Positions 1 through 14,743 of a stretch of DNA of 64,000 bases are shown here, one piece after another. The notes beneath the pieces are model-generated. The model searched no databases. It had not been told where the DNA came from and was given only the letters and a program-made list of their open reading frames with translations. The position numbers were made by a program, and so were the translations under genes. The stretch's first letter is position 1; each line of letters opens with the position of its first letter. The DNA lies in assembly GCF_009914755.1 (NCBI RefSeq), contig NC_060926.1; one strand, written 5' to 3'. This DNA comes from the human T2T-CHM13v2.0 reference genome, Homo sapiens.

Positions 1-680
<680 letters not shown>

Positions 681-1779
681 AACAAAACTTGAAGGATTTG
701 TTTATGTTCACTGTTCCTAGTACATCTTCTTCCATGTTTTTTTGTAAATTCATTCTAATTTTTAAAAAGTAAACGTTAGGATTAAGAAATAATTACACAC
801 ACCCATTTCAAAAATTTTAATCACTTAAATGTTAAAATACTGCAATGACCCCCATTAATTTAGGATTAAAACCAGACTTTTAAAAATGACTTTTCGATGC
901 CCTTGAAGTTTACTTTCAAAATATGTATCAAAATAAATTTTTGATCATTCTTTAATTGTTGTATGAATTTGCTGTAAACACCTGCCATGTTATCACCACT
1001 TAAAACTGAACTTTATTACATTATGTTCCAGAATCATTACATGCTTTCTTACCTCCATTCTTTATCTCTCTAACTCTTACATAAAGTTATAATTTATATA
1101 TTAAACTTATGGCATATGGATTCATAGAAGCCTATAGTAGCCCTAACATGAAGCTTGTAATTCTGCATTAATTATAAATTCTTATTACCATTTTATCTTC
1201 CTCCATAGCAACAATAGCAACTACAATAATACATAGAATCTGTAAGGAATAGATGTGAGGAGAATTTGACTGATTGATTCTTCTTTTGCAAATCTTTTCA
1301 TACTGGTTTCTGGTAGCAGGCTATACACTATATACTAAAATAATAATTTATTAATACTGTAAAAATGAAATCTGTGTATATTTTGAAATGCCACCTTCTG
1401 GTGTGATATATGCATGTTTCTATGTATGCACATGTATATAATAATATAGAATGTGGTGACCCTCAAGGCAATGAAAGGCATTTTAAATCTGAATGAGAAA
1501 TAGATGGTTTCTTCTTAATTCTATTGCATTCTGTTTCTTGTTCTGGAGAATTGTTGTTGTCAAAACTGATTAAGAATCCAATAGCATGGACATCTTATAT
1601 TCAATAGATTTATCATTTGCAAAGTTCCATTCATGCATGCTGGTAGATAGGCACCACTGCCTCTCATGCTTCTCCCATAGATGAGTTTTCTCTTAATATT
1701 TTTGTTGTGGTCAGCTTTGCTTTTAGTAGGGCAAATCAGTAAGACCTAAAAAAAAAAAACTTACAAACTAAACAAGAAA

Positions 1780-1990
1780 AATGATAACTCTTAACAGCTA
1801 TTACTAGTAGCCAGGCTCTGTGCTAAGCACTGAATATTAATGTTATGGTGAAAATAAAAGAGATAGTAAATGTGTTGTTTATATTTAGGTTTTAAAGATA
1901 AGGAAATTGAGGCTTTAGAGAGGTTGAGAAATTTTCCACAGATTACCATTTTAGGAAGTAGTAGAGAAAAACCTTTTTAAGCCAACCATT
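1780..1990 (-). mobile_element. MIR fragment
   Basis: gccaggctctgtgctaagcact and ataaggaaattgaggctttagagaggttgag resemble the MIR core in antisense. Confidence 0.6.
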
Positions 1991-2980
1991 CTACCTTCTA
2001 AGTCTGCAAACAATATTAGATTGCCTGCTATAAGGAAAGACAGAGCATAGTTTAAGATGCTGGGAACAAGCCTGGGCATCCTTAATGAACAGTGAGCATC
2101 TAACAGCATGAAAGTGGAGGCATTTTCAATGGTGTTTCCAACTGAATGAATGCCATACAAAAATTTTCATGGCTCATTTGATAAGACATCCTAGCTAATT
2201 CAATTATCTCCTCCTTGATCATTTTTTCTTCAGTCAAGTTTTAACCAGAAGAGAATATATTTGATATGGGGTGAATTAACTATTTTATCAGTAGGATGCA
2301 CAAAAGATGTAGGTTTAGTTGATCTAGAAATAGTGCATTTATTAGAGTGTTCACTTTTATCCAAGCTTATCTTCATTCAAAAACATGCTGAATGGGATTC
2401 CCAGATACTCTACAATCATTTCATTTGTGAGTTAATCTATCCAAAACGCTTGTACATGAAATGTTTCTTCTTTCAATTATCATATTTTACCCAATTTTCT
2501 AGGATATACTAGTGGAAACAGGACAGCATATTCTTCCACTCCATTTAAAGGAATTAGAAATATTAATACATAATTATAATATAGTGTACTGAGAACCACA
2601 ACAGAATAAACACAAACAAATGAAGAACTAAACACACCTGCTGAAAAATAGAATTTGGGTCATTAGTCTATTTCACTCAATTGGTATACAATTTTTTTCC
2701 TTTAATTTTTAGTTTACACACAATAATCTTCCATATTCTGGGAGCATGGAGTAAAATTTCAATACATGTATACAATGTATAATAATGAAACAAGGATAAT
2801 TACCATATCTATCACTTCAAATGTGTCATTTCTTTGTGCTGTGAACATTCAAAATCCTCTCTTCTAGCTTTTTAACAATATGAAATAATTTACTGTTAAC
2901 CATATTTACTCTACAGTACTGCAGAACACCAGAAATCACTTCTGCTATTTGGCTGTAATTTTGTATCTCTCTCTCTCTCT

Positions 2981-3292
2981 TTTTTTAAAATTTTTATTAT
3001 TTTTTAATTTTTGAGACAGAGTCTTGCTCTGTCACCCAGGCTGGAGTGCAGTGGCACGATCTCAGCTCACTACAACCTCTTCGTCTTGGGTTCAAGTGAT
3101 TCTTATTCCTCAGCCTTCCAAGTAGCTGGGACTACAGGCAAACGCCACCATGCCCAGCTAAGTTTTGTATTTTTAGTAGAGATGGGGTTTCACCATATTG
3201 GCCAGGCTGGTCTCGAACTCCTGACCTTGTGATCCACCCACCTCGGCCTCCCAAAGTGCTGGTATTACAGGTGAGAGCTACCACGCCCAGCC
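2981..3292 (-). mobile_element. Alu (AluS)
   Basis: Full dimer. TSD aattttgtatctct at 2957-2970 and 3293-3306. Confidence 0.95.
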
Positions 3293-4950
3293 AATTTTGT
3301 ATCTCTTAACTAATCTCTCCCCATCTTCCTTCCACTGCACCCCTCCCAGCCTCTAATTTCCACAATTTTACTCTCTACTTCCATGAGATCAGAATTTTTT
3401 AAATACTCACATAAAAATAAGAACATGCAGTATTTATCATTCAGTTCCTGTCTTATTGCACTTAATATAATGTCCTCCAGGCTCATCCATGTTGCCATGA
3501 ATGACAGAATTGCATTTTTTAATGGTTGAATAGTATTCTGTTGTGTATATTTGCCACATTTTCTTTATCCATTTATCTGTTGATGGTCATTTGGGTTGAT
3601 TCGATATTTTAGCCATTGTGAATGGTAATGAAATAAACATGGGGTGCAGGTATCCCTTTGATATACTGATTTCCTTTCCTTTGGATAAATACCTATTAGT
3701 AGCATTGCTGGATCATATGGTAATTCTATTTTTTGGCTTTTAAGAAACTTCCACACTGTTTTCCACAGTGATTATACTAATTTACATTCCCATCAACAGT
3801 GTATAAGAGTTCTCTTTTATCCATATCTTTGCCAGCATTTGTTATTTTTGGTCTTTTATATAATAACTATCCCAACTGGGGTAAGATGATATGTCATTGT
3901 GGCTTTAATTTGAATTTTCCTGATGATTAGAAATGCTGAACATTTCTTCAAAGGTTTTTTGGCCATTTGTATGTCTTCATTTGAAAAATGTCTGTCTTTT
4001 GCCCATGTTTTACTGGGATTATTTGTCTTATTTTTCCTTTTACCATTAGATGCATGAATTCATGTATTTTCAGGTTAATAGTCCCTTGTCAGATGAATAG
4101 TTTGCAAATACTTTTTCTCATTCAACAGGCTGCTTTTCACTCTGCTAATTGTTTCTTCAATGTGCAGAAGCTTTTTAGTTTAATATAGTACCATTTGTCT
4201 ATACATGCTTCACCTGTGCTTTTAAAGTCCTAGCTATACAATCTTTGCCTAGACCAATGTCCTGAAGAATTTCTCCATTTTTTTCTAGCAGCTTTAGAGT
4301 TTTTAGTCTTATGTTTATGCCTTTAATACTTTTTGAGTTGATTTTTGTAAATGGTGAAAAATAGCGGTCTACTTTTATACTTCTGCATATAAATATCCAA
4401 TTTTCCCAGCACCGTTTATTAAAGAGACTATTCCCTTTTGCAATATATGTTCTTGATGCCATTTAAAAAAATCAGTTGGATGTAAACTGTTGCTTTGTTT
4501 CTGGGTTCTCTCTTCTATTTTATTAGTCTGTGTGTCTTTACTTATACCAATACCATGCTGTTTTGTTTTGCAGTATATTTTTTGTCAGGTAGTCTGCCTC
4601 CAGTTTTCTTCTTTTTGCTCAGAATTGCTTTGACTATCCAGGGTCTTTTCTGGTTTTACACACATTTTAGGATACTTTTTAAAAATTTATGCAAGGATTG
4701 TCATTGGGATGTTGATAGAGATTGCGAGGAATCTATAGATTTCTTTGAGTAGTATAGCCATTTAAAAATATTAATTTCTCCAATCTATGAGCATGGGGTG
4801 TCTTTCAATTAGTTTGTGTCTTCTATTTCTTTCATCAATGTATTTTTGGTTTTCACTGTAGAAGTCTTTAGCCACTCTGGTTGAATTTATTTCTCATCAT
4901 TTTATTTTATTCTTAGTAGAGATATTAAATGGGATTACTTTCTTGATTTC

Positions 4951-5435
4951 CCATTTTTTAATTTTAATGTTTAAAATTATTATGGATGTATAATAATTTT
5001 ACATATTTTTGGGGTCAAATAAAATTAAAGTAATTGAAGTATTCATCATCTCAAGCATTTATCATTTCTTTGTGTTAGGAACATTCCCATTCTTCTCTTT
5101 TATTATTTTAAGGTATACAATAAATTATTATTAATTATAGTAAACCTATTGTCCTACCAAATAGTAGATTTTATTCATTCTAATTTTTTGTACTCATTAA
5201 CTATATCCACTTTAATCTCACCCTCCATCCTGCTACCCTACCTCACCTCTGATAACTATCATTCTACTCTATACTTCTATGAGTTCAATTTAAAAATTAA
5301 CTCCCAATTATGAGGGAGAAAATGCAAAATTGTTTTTTGTGCCTGGCTTATATTATTTAATGTCTTCAAGTTCCATTCATGTTGTTGCAAATGACATGAT
5401 TTTATTTTATTTTATGGCTGAATAACATTCCATTG
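4951..5435 (-). mobile_element. 5'-truncated L1MA 3' end nested in the older L1 ORF2
   Basis: A second L1MA 3'UTR interrupts the host ORF2 at gggattactttcttgatttc. tgatttc is duplicated at 4944-4950 and 5436-5442. Confidence 0.75.
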
Positions 5436-6360
5436 TGATTTCTTTTTTCAGCTAGTTCATTATTAGTGTATATTACTTTTTATGTTGATTTTGTATCCTG
5501 CAATTCCATTAAATTTATTTATCAATTCCAAGTGTTTTTTTTGGTGGAATCTTTACATTTTTCTACATAAAATACAATGTTATCTTCAAAGAATGACAAC
5601 TTCACTGCTTCTCTTCCAATTTGGATGCTTTTTATATTTTTCTCATGTCTAATTGCTCTGTGTAGGACTTCCATTACTATATTGAATAAGAGTGCTGAGT
5701 GGGAGCATCCTTGTTTTTTCCATTTTTTAGAGCTTTCAGCTTTTCTCCATTAACTACGTTAGCTGTAGGTTTGTCATATGTGGCCTGTTTTATGCTGAGG
5801 TATTTTCCTTCTGTGTCTAATTTGTTGATAGTTCTAATCGTGAAGAGATATTAAATTGTGTTAAATGCTTTTTCAGCATCTATTGAGAAAATTATATGGT
5901 TTTTGTCCTCATTCTGTTTATGCAATGTGTCACATTTATTGAATATATATGTTGAAACATCCTTGCATCCTTGGGATTAATTTCACTTGATCATGGTGTA
6001 TTATCTTTTTCATGTGTTCTTGTATTTCCTTTGTTAATATTTTGTTAAAGATTTTTGCTTCTATGTTCATCAGGAATATTTCCTTGTAGTTTTCTTTTCT
6101 CATTGTATCCTCGTCTGATTTTGATATCAGGGTAATTCTGGCCTCATTGAATTGGCTAGAAAACTTCCTTCCTCTTCAATTTTTTAGGGACTAGTTTGAG
6201 AAAAAGTGATACTAGTTCTTCTTTAAAAGTTTGGTAGAATTCAGCAGTAAGACTGTCAGGTCCTGGGTTTTTATTTGTTGGGAGACTTTATCACTGATTC
6301 ACTCTGGTACTTAATATTGATCTGTTTAGATTTTTTATTTCTTCTTTAAATCTTGGTATG

Positions 6361-6585
6361 TGTGTTAGTCAGTTTTCATTGCTATAAAGGAGTATCAGGC
6401 ACTGGGTAATTTATAAATAAGAGAGTTTTAATTGGCTCATGGTTCTGCAGGTTGTATAAGCATGACACTGGCATCTGCTTCTGATGAGGGCCTCAGGAAT
6501 CTTCTGATCATGGTTGAAGGTGAAAAGTGAGCAGGTGCATCACATGGTGAGAGTGGGAGCAAGAGAGAGAGAAGGAGGACGTCCT
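6361..6585 (-). mobile_element. MaLR LTR (MSTA/MSTB-like), 3' half only
   Basis: tgtgttagtc...ctgggtaatttataa...ggcatctgcttctgatgagggcctcagga is the reverse complement of an MST LTR 3' end. Confidence 0.85.
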
Positions 6586-8814
6586 AACCTTGCCTCCTCC
6601 CTCCATTCCTTTTTGTGCTTTATTTATCAATTTTCTGGCTGAGTTCTTTCAAAAACTTTATCTTTGCGTTCACAAATTTTTTCTTCTGCTTCATCTTATA
6701 TATTGTTGAAGTCCTTGAATATATTTTTATTTCGTTTCATTGAGTTATTTACTTCCAGAATTTCCGTTTGGTTATTTTTTAAGATATCTAACTCTTTGTT
6801 AAATTTCTCATTCAGGTTATGGATTTTTTTTTCCCACCGACACCTTTGTTTGTTTATTTGTGTTCTCTTGAATCTCAGTGTTTTCCTAAGATAATTATTT
6901 TGAATTTCTTCAGGCATTTAATAGATTTTCTTTTCCTTGGGAACTGTTATTGGAGAATTATTATTCCTTTGGAAGTGTCATGTTTTCTTGTTTTTTAAAT
7001 GTTTCTTGTGTCCTTATGTTCCTATCTGTGCAGCTGGTATAACAGTCACTTCTTACAATTTTTTGGATTAGTTTTCCTAGGAAAATATTTTTTTCTGTAG
7101 ATGTATGTATAATGTTGGTGGTGTAAATAGCTTTGCCTTTGATTCTGGGTGGGTGCGTTAATGTACTCTCCACATAATTTCTGTGGCTGTATTCAATGCT
7201 GGTGGTGTCTGTGAGTTCCTTAGTGGCCTAGGCTATGGCAATGCTTTGCTTGGCATAAGGATGGCAGCCAGACCAGTCTTTGGACAACAGTGATGTCTAC
7301 AATGAGTGCTGTGTGCTGATTCTCAGGACTCAGGGTGTCATACAGTTGCACTGGCTGTGACTGTGGGAAACCAGAATGTGTCGTTTGGGCCTCCAGGTTG
7401 CATGGCAGTGGCAGCAGTGAACTGGTGAGACAGTTCTTAGGCTGCTGGATGGTATGCATAGCACTGCAAGTTGCAATAGCAGCAGCAGGCTGGACCTCAG
7501 GCCTCTGGATGTTAGGCATGTGCACAAGCAGTGGTAGCAGTAGGCTTTGCAGGCTGGAAAAAACAAATTCACAAATATGGTACACACCTATCAATATCCC
7601 AACTAACTCCCATTTGACCACAAATTCCTTGATAAAAATAAAATATCTGATAAATATAGAAATTATTCAAGAACATTTGAATAGGTAATATAGATTTATA
7701 AAGACTGCATTTGCTATTAACCCCGATTCATTTTCCCAAACTATTTATAAGACACTGTTAGAAAACAATAAGTTAAATTTAAACCTTCTATTCATTAAAT
7801 ACAAGTGGAAAAGTAGACTGAAGAAGGAAGTATTCATTTTGAGTATTTTGAAGACCTAATTAGAATAATTTTTTTGTTTGATGTATGACTTAGAAAAATA
7901 TGTGAATGCATAAGTTCAAAGAAAAATGGCGTTTTAAGAGGACTGGCAATTGTCATTTATCTATACAATGAGATGATCAATGTACTGTTGTTGAAGTTAA
8001 AATAATGATTTGGCAGAAGCCAAGGGAAGTGAGTTACATAAGCTCTCTAATAAAATACTGAGTTTTTTGTGAAAGGAAATCCTTGACTTATATTTGAAAG
8101 CACTTGACTGAAAATAATGGACTATGCAATTTATCAATTATTACAGGGTCAGCATATATCAAATATAGAGGTTACTCCTGATTAATTTGCATTATAAATA
8201 CAACTTTTGATTTGTATAGACTTTAAAAGGCCTTATAAGTCACTTTCTATTAAACACTCTGATATATACATGTTGCAGTTAAAATTACTTTGATGAAGTT
8301 TATGATATAATAACTAATAACATTAATATGACTATTACTAAATAATGACTGAATAATACTTCTTTGGAAGTCTAAGTTTACTAACACCACAACACACTTA
8401 CTATTAAAATATTGTTTTAATACAACAAACTAATAGTTTGAAGAATAAATCAATATTGGTTTATTTTATAATTTTGATCAGTAGCTTTTTTTTTGCTTTT
8501 ATTGATCATTTGTTGTTCTTTTAAGACATGTCTGTTAATATATTTTGTATATGATTTTATTAAAATATTAAAGGGTATTTAAATATTCTTCTTTAGTATT
8601 CATTATAAATATTTCCATGCATTTAATTATTTTGCCACTTTACTATTTATCATTTCAACAATCTACATATGATGATTAATTCAGAAATGTTCTTACTTAA
8701 TGTACTTAATCTATCATCACTTATTTGGTAGTATTTTTAAATCCTTAGCAAGTAATTTCTCTTTCTATATTTATTTCTATTTTCACTGATATCATTTTCT
8801 TTCACAATTCTCAG

Positions 8815-11800
8815 TTTTAATTTTTATGGACACATGGTAGGTGTATATATTTATGGGATACAGGATATGTTTTGTTGCAGGAATACAATCAGTAATGGTC
8901 ACAGTAGAGTATATGGGTTATCTATCACTTCAAGCATTTATCTTATCACTGTTTTTAAGATCAAATTGTTTTAAAATGTGTAATAAATTATTGTTGACTG
9001 TAGTCACCTGTTTTGTTACCAAATACTAGATCTTATTCATTCTACCTAACTATATTTTTGTACCCATTAACTATCCTAATTCTGCTCCCCTGACACACAG
9101 ACACCCCCCTTCCTAGCCTTGGTAACCATCATTTTATTATCTATCTCCATGAGTTCAAATATTTTAATTTTTTTCTCCCACAGATGAGTGAGAACATGAA
9201 AAGTTTGTCTTTATATGCCTGCCTTATTTTACATAACATAAGGTCCCCCAGTTTCATCTCTGTTGTTGCAAATGATAAGATCTCATTCCTTTTTATGGCT
9301 GAGTAGTACTCCATTTTGTGTATATGTACTACATTTTCTTTGTTCATTCATCTGTTGATAGACATTTAGGCTGCTTCCAAATCTTGGCTATTTTAAATAG
9401 TGCTGCAATAAATGTGGAAATGCATAAACCTCCATACTGTTCTCCATAGCACTTTTACTAATTTACATTCTCACCAATAAGGTACCAGGGTTCCCTTTTC
9501 TTCACAGCCTCATGCACATTTGTTATTGCCTGTCTTTTGGATAAAAGTCGTTTTTACTGGAGTGAGATGACACCTCATTGTAGTTTTGATTTGTATTTTC
9601 TGATGATCAATGATTTTTGAGCACCTTTTCATATACTACTTGCAATTTGTATGTCTTCTTTTGATAAATGTTTACTCAGATATTTTGCCTATTTTTTAAT
9701 TGGTTTACTAGATTTTTTATATATAGTTGTTTGAGCTCCTTATGTATTCAAGGGTTATTAATCCCTTGTCTGATGGTTAGTTAGCAAATATTTTCTCCCA
9801 TTCTGTGAGTCGTCTCTTCATCTTGTTGATTTTATCCCTTGCTGTGCAGAAGCTTTTTAACTTGACATGATCCCATTTGTCCATTTTCGCTTTGGTACTT
9901 GTGCTCTTGGAGTATTGCTCAAGAAATCTTTACCCAGACCAATGTTCTGGAGACTTCCTCAGTGTTTTGTCTTAGTAACTTTATAGTTTGAAATTTTAGA
10001 TTTAAGCATTTAATTCATGTAGATTTGATTTTTGTATATGGTGAAAAGCTTCTAGTTTCATTCTTCTGCATATGGATATCCAGTTTTCCCAACACTGTTC
10101 ATTGCATGCCAGTAACATGCTGTTTTGGTTACTATAACATTGTAGTATAATTTGAAGTCAGGTGATATGATTCCTCTAGTTTTGTTCTTTTTGCTTAGGG
10201 TAACTGAGTATTCTGGTTCTTTTGTGGTTCCATATAATTTGAGGATTTTTTTTCTATTTCTGTAATTGTCATTGATATTGTGATAGGGATTGCATTGAAT
10301 CTGTAGATTGCTTTGGGTAGTAGGACATTTTAATAATATTGATTCTTTCAATCCACGAACGTGGGATATCTATCTGTTTCCCCTCCAATTTCTTGCATCA
10401 ATGTTTTATAGTGTTTATTGTAGAGATCTTTCACTTTTTTGGTTAAGTTAGTTCTTATGTATTTTATATTATTTGCGGCTCTTGTGAATGGGATTACTTT
10501 CTTGATTTCTTTTTCAGATTTTTCACTGTTGCTATATATAGACATGCTACTGATTTTTGTTTGTTGATTTTATATCCTGCAACTTTACTGAATTTGTTTT
10601 TCAGTTCTAATAGCTTTTTGGTAGAGATTTTCAGTTTTTCCAAATATAAAATTATATCATCTATATACAAGAATAATTTGACCTCTTCCTTTCCAATTTG
10701 GAAGCCCTTTATTTTTTTTTTCTATTGTCTGATAACTCTACCTGGGACTTCCAGTACTATCTTTATTCACAGTGGTTAAAGTGGACATCCTTGACTTGTT
10801 CTAAATCTTACAGGAAATACTTTCTGTTTTTTCCGATACAGTATGATGCTAGCTGTGGGTCTCTTTTATATGGCTTTTAGTGTGTTGATGTTTGTTTCTT
10901 CTCAGTTTCCTGAGGGTTTTTATCAGGAAAAGTCGTTGAATTGTATCGAGAGTTTTTCAGCATTAATTGAAATGATCATATGGTTTTGGAAGTATTCCAC
11001 CCTATTCTATTTATAGTTCTTCTATAATGCTTGGTAAAATTCAGCAATAAAACCATTGAGTCCTGGGCATTTCCTTGCTGGGAAACACTTTATTATGTTT
11101 TCTTTGCTGAGAGATATTTTATTAGAGCTTTGATCTCTCAGGATATGAGTAATTTATACATCACAATTACAGTGTTGTAATATTCGGTGTCTGTCTGCAT
11201 ATTTACCAGTGAGTTTTTTACCATTAGATTTTTTTAAAAATTGCTTGTTAATGTCATTTTCTTTCATATTGAAGAACTCCCTTTGGCATTTCCTATAGGA
11301 CAGGCCTACTGTTGATGAAATTTCCTAGCTTTTGTTTAATTGGAAAAGTATTTATTCCTCTTTCCTGTTTGAAAGGTTACAATGAATATACCATCCTAGG
11401 GTAATTTTTTTTTTCTTTCATCACTTTAATTATGTTATGTCACTCTCTCCGGGCCTGTAAAATTTTCACTAAGAAGTCTGATGCCTGATGGGTTGGAGTT
11501 CCTTGGAATGTTATTTGTTTCTTTTCTCTTCTGGTTTTACAATCTTCTTTTTCCTTGGCCTTCTGGAGTTTATTAAATGCCTTGAGGTAGTTTTATTTCG
11601 GTTAAATCTGCTTGGTTTCTATAACCTTGTTATACTTGAATGCTGATGTCTTTCTGCAGGTTTTGAGCATTTTCCATTATCCCTTTGAATAAACTTGCTA
11701 CCCCTATGTCTCTTTACCTCCTCTTTGAGGCCAATAACTGTTGGATTTGCCCTTTTGAGGCTATTTTTTAGATCCTGTAGGTATGCTTTATTCTTTTTTA

Positions 11801-14180
11801 TTTCTCTTCATTTTTCACCCTCCAACCATGTATTTTCAAATATCCTGTCTTCGAGCTCACTGATTCTTCTGCTTGATCAATTCTACCATTAATAGACTTA
11901 ACGCATTCTTTAGTATGTCACTCACATTTTTCAGCTCTAGAATTACTGCTTGATTCTTTTTTCAATTATTTCATTCTCTTTGCTAAATTTATCTGATAGA
12001 ATTCTAAATTCCTTCTTTGTGTTTGTCTGAAATTTCATTGATCTTCCTCAATACAGCTATTTCGAATTCTCTGTCTGAAAGGTCACTTGGTGAGGTCATG
12101 TTTTCCTGGATGTTCTTGATGTTCATGGATATTTGTTAATGTCTGGGCATTGAAGAGTTAGGTATTTATTATTGTCTTCACAGTCTGGGCTTCTTTGTAC
12201 CCATCCTTCTTTGGAAGGTTTTCCGTGTATTCAAAGGGAATTGAGTATCTTTATCTACCTCTTTGGTCACTGCAGCTATATGGCCATTAGGGGGTACCCC
12301 CATCCCTGTAAAGCTGTGTTTCTTGCAGACTCTTAGAGGTACTATCTTGGTGGTATTGGATAAGATTCAGAATAATTGTCTGAATTACAGGCAGAGACTC
12401 TGGTTCTCTTACTTTATTTTCTCCCAAACAAACAAAGTCTCTATCTCTGTGTTGAGCTGCCTGGATCTAGTGGAGAGGTGACACAAGCACTTCTGTGGCC
12501 ACCACTACTAGGACTGTACTGGGTAAGACCCAAAGACAGCACAGCACTAAGTGTTGTCCAAGGCTCACAGTGACCACTGCTTGTTTACAGCCAATGTTTA
12601 CCTAAGGTACAAGAGCTCTTCAGTCAGCAGGTAGCGAACCCAGCCAGAATGTGTCCTTCCCTTCATGGTGGTAAACTCCCCTCAGGCCCACAGCAGGTCC
12701 AGAAATACCATCTGAGAGCTAAGGCCTTGAGTAAAAAACCTTAGGAATCTACTTGATGCTCTATACTACTGCAGCTGTTTTGTTCTGGCACTCAAGCTGC
12801 AAGACGGTTTTTCCCATTCTTTATTCTCCTTTCCTGAAGCAGAGGGAGTTTCTCCCCATGGCCATCACTGTCCCAGGCCCATGGTGAGTACTGCCTGGCT
12901 ACCACCAATGTTCACTGAAACCCCAAGGGCTCTTCAGTCAGCTTGTGGTGAATGGTGCCAGGCCTGCTTCTCTTCTTTTAGGGGAGTGGCTTCCCCTCTG
13001 GTCCAGGGCAGGTCCAGAAATGCCATCTAGGAGCTAAAGCCTGGAAGTGGGAACCCCAAGAGCCTGATCGGTGCTCTAACCTGCTGTGACTGAGTTGGTA
13101 CCCAAGCTGCAAGACAAAGTCCCTTTTAGCCTATCTTCTCCTTTGCTCAAGCAGAAAGAGTCTCTCCCATGGCCACAGCAGCTGAGAATACACTCTGTCA
13201 TACTTGAAGCTAGCACGGTACTGGGTCTCATTAAAAGCCAGCCATGAATATTGCCTGGTAACCACTGATGTTTATTTAAGGTCCAACGATCTTTAGTCAG
13301 CAGGTGATGAATCCTGCCAGGACTAGGTTTTTCCCTTTCAGGTAGAGGGTTCTCTTCTGGCCCAAGGTGTGTCTAGAAGAATCATCTGGGAGCTAAGGCC
13401 TGAAATGCATGACTCAAGACTTTGTCTTTTGCTCTCTTCTACTGTGGTTGAGCTGGTATTCAAGTTGCAAAACAGAGTCCTCTTTACGCTCCCCTTTCTT
13501 CTCCTCAAGTGGAAGGAAGGAGTCTCTCCTGGAGCTGCAAGCTGTGCTAGTTGGGGTTGTGGGAGGGGTGATAAAAGCACTCCCTTGAGCACCCCAGCTG
13601 GTTTCTCATGAGATCACATACACCCCAAGATCACTGGCTCCAAACAAGCATAGCACCAGAACTTGCCCAGGAGTTGCAGTCCTGTGGCCTAGACTGCCTT
13701 TCAAGTTTATTTAAGACACCGGAGTACGTTAGCTTGTGGTCGTGGGGCTAGCTGGAACTCAGATTCTGACTGCTAAGATAGAGGATTCTCCTCTGTCTAG
13801 GGCTGGTCTAAGTGGTCTCTCTGTGAGAACAACCAACTCTTCCCTGTGTTGCTTTCCACTGTGACAAGGGAGCACTGCATTTGAATGCAAAGTCCCACAG
13901 TCACTGTGCTCTCTCTACTATAAGCACATAGATTCTCTCTCTGTGCCATGTGGTCACTACCAGTGGCTGGGGCAGGGGTGTTGTTGGCAATTCAAGATTA
14001 TCTTTTCCACCATCTTCAGTGCCTTTTTCCTTGATATGATGTTCAAACCAGCTACTGTGATTGATCGCTTGATTTTTGGTTCTTATGAAGGTGCTTCCTT
14101 GTTTGCATAGTTGTTCAATTCAATGGTCCTGCAGAAGTGATTATTGCTGGAGGGTTCCATTTAGCCATCTTGCTCTGTAT
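8815..14180 (-). mobile_element. Near full-length old L1 (L1MA2/3-like) with multiple internal deletions
   Basis: 3'UTR at 8815-9140. ORF2 peptides (9141-9347 MEYYSAIKRNEILSFATT; 10058-10545). ORF1 remnant at about 11150-12080. Long 5'UTR ending in the antisense YY1 motif gccatcttg at about 14164. Confidence 0.85.
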
Positions 14181-14389
14181 TCTCCTAATATTATCTTCTT
14201 TTTTAAAATTTTACATTTATTTTAACTTTATGTTATACATTTCATCTTTAGTAACATTTTTAGTATATGGCATACTGATATCAACATATAAGTTTTCAGT
14301 CTTTAAATTTAGTACCTTAGAACTATTTCCACTATTTCTTCTCTTCTTTCCAACCCACTAATCCTTATGTTAGCTCTTTCTCATATCAT

Positions 14390-14640
14390 TTCCCATTGGA
14401 AACTTGCTAACTGCTCTTTTGCTACCAATCTGTTTACACACATGTCCATTTTTCACACTGTCAGGAGTGTTAACTTTTTACAAAAGCAAATTTGATCATT
14501 TATTCATTTTTCCCATTTCCTCTGTGTCCAATAATGCCATTACTGGCTTTCCATAGGTGAAAGGATAAATATAAAAGTGCAAATTCCTTAATATAAAATG
14601 TAAATTCTTTCAAAGTATAAACACTGAATATTTCTTTGGA
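14390..14640 (+). mobile_element. L2 fragment (degraded)
   Basis: ctaactgctct...tttcacactgtcaggagtg...aaaagcaaatttgatcatt resembles the L2 3' region. Confidence 0.45.
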
Positions 14641-14743
14641 ATAATAGATTATTACATTTCTTGTGCCATACACATATATATATATTATATATACATGTCA
14701 TGGTATACATAACATCATTTTCAAAATGTATAATGCCATTTCA

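Larger units (their letters stand above)
2690..7560 (-). mobile_element. Old L1 (L1MA/L1PB-era) with 3'UTR, ORF2 3' half and ORF1/5'UTR remnant; hosts an Alu, a nested L1 and an MST LTR piece
   Basis: ORF2-like peptides in the track (3565-3756 IELPYDPA..LLIGIYPKE; 4199-4462 LFNKRCWENW). ORF1 coiled-coil-like peptide at 6696-6917 (EKFNKELDILKNNQTEILE). GC-richer 5'UTR-like sequence at 7140-7560. Confidence 0.85.
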
